Below, one piece after another: positions 58,701-64,000 of a DNA stretch of 64,000 nucleotides. This DNA is from Eledone cirrhosa. Lineage: Eukaryota. The DNA lies in contig OZ024749.1 of the NCBI GenBank assembly GCA_964016885.1, positions 15,438,001-15,502,000 of the forward strand, given 5' to 3'. The notes below the pieces were generated by a model. It had not been told where the DNA came from, ran no database searches, and saw only the letters and a list, made by a program, of their open reading frames with translations. The translations under genes and the position numbers were made by a program. Numbering within the stretch: the first letter of the stretch is position 1; each line of letters starts with the position of its first letter.

Positions 58701-61700
58701 ACACACACACAGACACAGTTGACAGATAGACATACACACACACACAGACACAGTTGACAGATAGACATACACACACACAGACACAGTTGACAGATAGATA
58801 CACACACACACACAGACACAGTTGACAGATAGACATACACACACACACACAGACACAGTTGACAGATAGACATACACACACAGACACAGTTGACAGATAG
58901 ACATACACACACACACACAGACACAGTTGACTGATAGACATACACACACACACACAGACACAGTTGACAGATAGACATACACACACACACACAGACACAG
59001 TTGACAGATAGACATACACACACACACACAGACACAGTTGACAGAGAGACATACACACACACAGACACAGTTGACAGAGAGACATACACACACACAGACA
59101 CAGTTGACAGATAGACATACACACACACACACAGACACAGTTGACTGATAGACATACACACACACACACAGACACAGTTGACAGATAGACATACACACAC
59201 ACAGTTGACAGATAGAATACACACACACACAGACACAGTTGACAGATAGACATACACACACACACACAGTTGACAGATAGACATACACACACACACACAC
59301 AGACACAGTTGACAGATAGACATACACACACACACAGACACAGTTGACAGATAGACATACACACACACACAGACACAGTTGACAGATAGACACACACACA
59401 CACACAGACACAGTTGACAGATAGACATACACACAAACACACAGTTGACAGATAGACATACACACACACACAGACACAGTTGACAGATAGACATACACAC
59501 ACACACAGACACAGTTGACAGATAGACATACACACACACACACAGACACAGTTGACAGATAGACATACACACACAGTTGACAGATAGACATTCACACACA
59601 CACACACACAGACACAGTTGACAGAGAGACATACACACACACAGACACAGTTGACAGATAGACATACACACACACACAGACACAGTTGACAGATAGACAT
59701 ACACACACACACAGACACAGTTGACAGATAGACACACACACACACACAGACACAGTTGACAGATAGACATACACACAAACACACAGTTGACAGATAGACA
59801 TACACACACACACAGACACAGTTGACAGATAGACATACACACACACACAGACACAGTTGACAGATAGACATACACACACACACACAGACACAGTTGACAG
59901 ATAGACATACACACACAGTTGACAGATAGACATTCACACACACACACAGACACAGTTGACTGATAGACATACACACACAGACACAGTTGACAGATAGACA
60001 TACACACACACACACAGAGGCACAGTTGACAGATAGACATACACACACACACAGACACAGTTGACAGATAGACAAACACACACACAGACACAGTTGACAG
60101 ATAGACATACACACACACACAGACACAGTTCACTGATAGACATACACACACACACAGACACAGTCGACAGATAGACATACACACACACACACAGACACAG
60201 TTGACAGATAGACATACACACACACAGACACAGTTGACAGATAGACATACACACACACACACAGACACAGTTGACAGATAGACATACACACACACACACA
60301 GACGCAGTTGACAGATAGAATACACACACACACAGACACAGTTGACAGATAGACATACACACACACTCACAGACACAGTTGACAGATAGACATACACACA
60401 CACACACAGAGACAGTTGACAGATAGAATACACACACACACAGACACAGTTGACAGATAGACATACACACACACTCACAGACACAGTTGACAGATAGACA
60501 TACACACACACACACAGAGACAGTTGACAGATAGACATACACACACACACAGAGACAGTTGACAGATAGACATACACACACACACAGACACAGTTGACAG
60601 ATAGACATACACACACACACAGACACAGTCGACAGATAGACATACACACACACATAGACACAGTTGAAATATAGACATACACACACACACACAGACACAG
60701 TTGACAGATAGACATACACACACACACAGACACAGTTGACAGATAGACATACACACACACACAGACACAGTTGACATATAGACATACACACATACACGCA
60801 GACACAGTTGACAGATAGACATACACACACACACAGACACAGTCGACAGATAGACATACACACACACACACAGACACAGTTGACAGATAGACATACACAC
60901 ACACAGACACAGTTGACAGATAGACATACACACACACACACAGACACAGTTGACAGATAGACATACACACACACAGACGCAGTTGACAGATAGAATACAC
61001 ACACACACAGACACAGTTGACAGATAGACATACACACACACTCACAGACACAGTTGACAGATAGACATACACACACACACACACACATACACAGTTGACA
61101 GATAGACATACACACACACACACAGACACAGTTGACAGATATACATACACACACACACAGACACAGTTGACAGATAGACATACACATACACACAGACACA
61201 GTTGACAGATAGACATACACACACACACACAGACACAGTTGACAGATAGACATACACATACACACAGACACAGTTGACAGATAGAATACACACACACACA
61301 GACACAGTTGACAGATAGACATACACACACACACACAGTTGACAGATAGACATACGTACACACACACACACACAGACACAGTTGACAGATAGACATACAG
61401 ACACACACAGACACAGTTGACAGATAGACATACACACACACACAGACACAGTTGACAGATAGACATACACACACACACACAGACACAGTTGACAGATAGA
61501 CATACACACACACACAGACACAGTTGACAGATAGACATACACACACACACAGACACAGTTGACAGATAGACATACACACACACAGACACAGTTGACAGAT
61601 AGACACACACACACACACAGACACAGTTGACAGATAGACATACACACACACACACAGACACAGTTGACAGATAGACATACACACACACACAGACACAGTT

Positions 61701-64000
61701 GACAGATAGACATACACACACAGTTGACAGATAGACACACACACACACACAGACACAGTTGACAGCTAGACATACACACACAGTTGACAGATAGACACAC
61801 ACACACACACAGACACAGTTGACAGAGAGACATACACACACACAGACACAGTTGACAGATAGACATACACACACACACAGTTGACAGATAGAATACACAC
61901 ACACACAGACACAGTTGACAGATAGACATACACACACACACACAGTTGACAGATAGACATACACACACACACACACAGACACAGTTGACAGATAGACATA
62001 CACACACACACAGACACAGTTGACAGATAGACATACACACACACACACAGACACAGTTGACAGATAGACATACACACACACACAGACACAGTTGACAGAT
62101 AGACATACACACACACACAGACACAGTTGACAGATAGACATACACACACACACACACACACAGTTGACAGATAAACATACACACACACACAGAGACACAG
62201 TTGACAGATAGACATACACACACACACAGACACAGTTGACAGATAGACAAACACACACACAGACACAGTTGACAGATAGACATACACACACACACACAGA
62301 CACAGTTGACAGATAGACATACACACACACACAGACACAGTTGACAGATAGACATACACACACACACAGACACAGTTGACAGATAGACATACACACACAC
62401 ACACAGACACAGTTGACAGATAGAATACACACACACACAGACACAGTTGACAGATAGACATACATACACACACAGACACAGTTGACAGATAGACATACAC
62501 ACACACACACACATACACAGTTAACAGATAGACATACACACACACACACAGACACAGTTGACAGAAAGACATACACACACACACACACAGACACAGTTGA
62601 CAGATAGACACACACACACACACACACAGACACAGTTGACAGATAGACATACACACACACACAGACACAGTTGACAGATAGACATACACACACACACAGA
62701 CACAGTTGACAGATAGACATACACACACACAGACACAGTTGACAGATAGATACACACACACACACAGACACAGTTGACAGATAGACATACACACACACAC
62801 ACAGACACAGTTGACAGATAGACATACACACACAGACACAGTTGACAGATAGACATACACACACACACACAGACACAGTTGACAGCTAGACATACACACA
62901 TAGTTGACAGCTAGACATACACACACAGTTGACAGATAGACATTCACACACACACACAGACACAGTTGACAGAGAGACATACACACACACAGACACAGTT
63001 TACTGATAGACATACACACACACACACAGACACAGTTGACAGATAGACATACACACACACACACAGTTGACAGATAGAATACACACACACACAGACACAG
63101 TTGACAGATAGACATACACACACACACAGTTGACAGATAGACATACACACACACACACACAGACACAGTTGACAGATAGACATACACACACACACAGACA
63201 CAGTTGACAGATAGACATACACACACACACACAGACACAGTTGACAGATAGACACACACACACACACAGACACAGTTGACAGATAGACATACACACAAAC
63301 ACACAGTTGACAGATAGACATACACACACACACACAGTTGACAGATAGACATACATACACACACAGACACAGTTAACAGATAGACATACACTAACACACA
63401 CACAGTTGACAGATAGACATACACACACACACACACAGACACAGTTGACAGATAGACATATACACACACACACAGACACAGTTGACAGATAGACATACAC
63501 ACACACACACAGACACAGTTGACAGATAGACACACACACACACACAGACACAGTTGACAGATAGACATACACACAAACACACAGTTGACAGATAGACATA
63601 CACACACACACACAGTTGACAGATAGACATACATACACACACAGACACAGTTGACAGATAGACATACACTAACACACACACAGTTGACAGATAGACATAC
63701 ACACACACACACACAGACACAGTTGACAGATAGACATACACACACACAGACACAGTTGACAGATAGACATACACACACACACACAGACACAGTTGACAGA
63801 TAGACACACACACACACAGACACAGTTGACAGATAGACATACACACACACACACAGACACAGTTGACAGATAGACATACACACACACACACAGACACAGT
63901 TGACAGATAGACATACACACACACACAGACACAGTTGACAGATAGACATACACACACACAGACACAGTTGACAGATAGACATACACACACACACACAGAC
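21201..64000 (+). repeat. Large satellite array: constant core GACACAGTTGACAGATAGACATA plus variable (CA)n; period mostly 31-39 bp; ~1200 monomers; continues beyond the right edge
   Basis: Read directly over ~42.8 kb in a single orientation with no visible insertions. Copy number is estimated as length/35. Confidence 0.98.

Noticed and set aside
20712-63996. Very long minus-strand ORFs (up to 1934 aa, [23 protein letters not shown])
   Set aside because: They occur in all three frames because the (TG)-rich satellite strand rarely contains stops; frame is scrambled by CA-length variation and there is no protein-like content.
21201-64000. Constant core plus variable spacer resembling a CRISPR array
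   Set aside because: Spacers are only (CA)n length variants, not unique sequences.

Overview
Eukaryotic, gene-free, repeat-dense window; the SINE style and microsatellite density recall an octopus/cephalopod genome (inference, not verified). (1) 1-11.75 kb: three diverged, same-orientation (minus strand) L1/Tx1-clade non-LTR retrotransposons arranged head-to-tail, separated only by pure (GATA)n tracts. Copy A runs off the left edge, copy B is nearly intact, and copy C is truncated at both ends. This suggests a (GATA/TATC)n-targeting LINE family. (2) 11.75-16.7 kb: a hAT-like MITE remnant, three tRNA-derived SINE copies, a 27-bp CA-rich minisatellite and a 1.45-kb degenerate (GGT)n tract. (3) 17-19.4 kb: a (TA)n-delimited mosaic of Penelope-like termini with long inverted repeats and type I hammerhead ribozyme folds (two with intact catalytic cores, two degenerate). 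(4) 21.2-64 kb: an uninterrupted, single-orientation satellite (core GACACAGTTGACAGATAGACATA plus variable (CA)n, period about 35 bp) with kb-scale higher-order repeats. The huge ORFs called over the satellites are artefacts; no host gene is evident.
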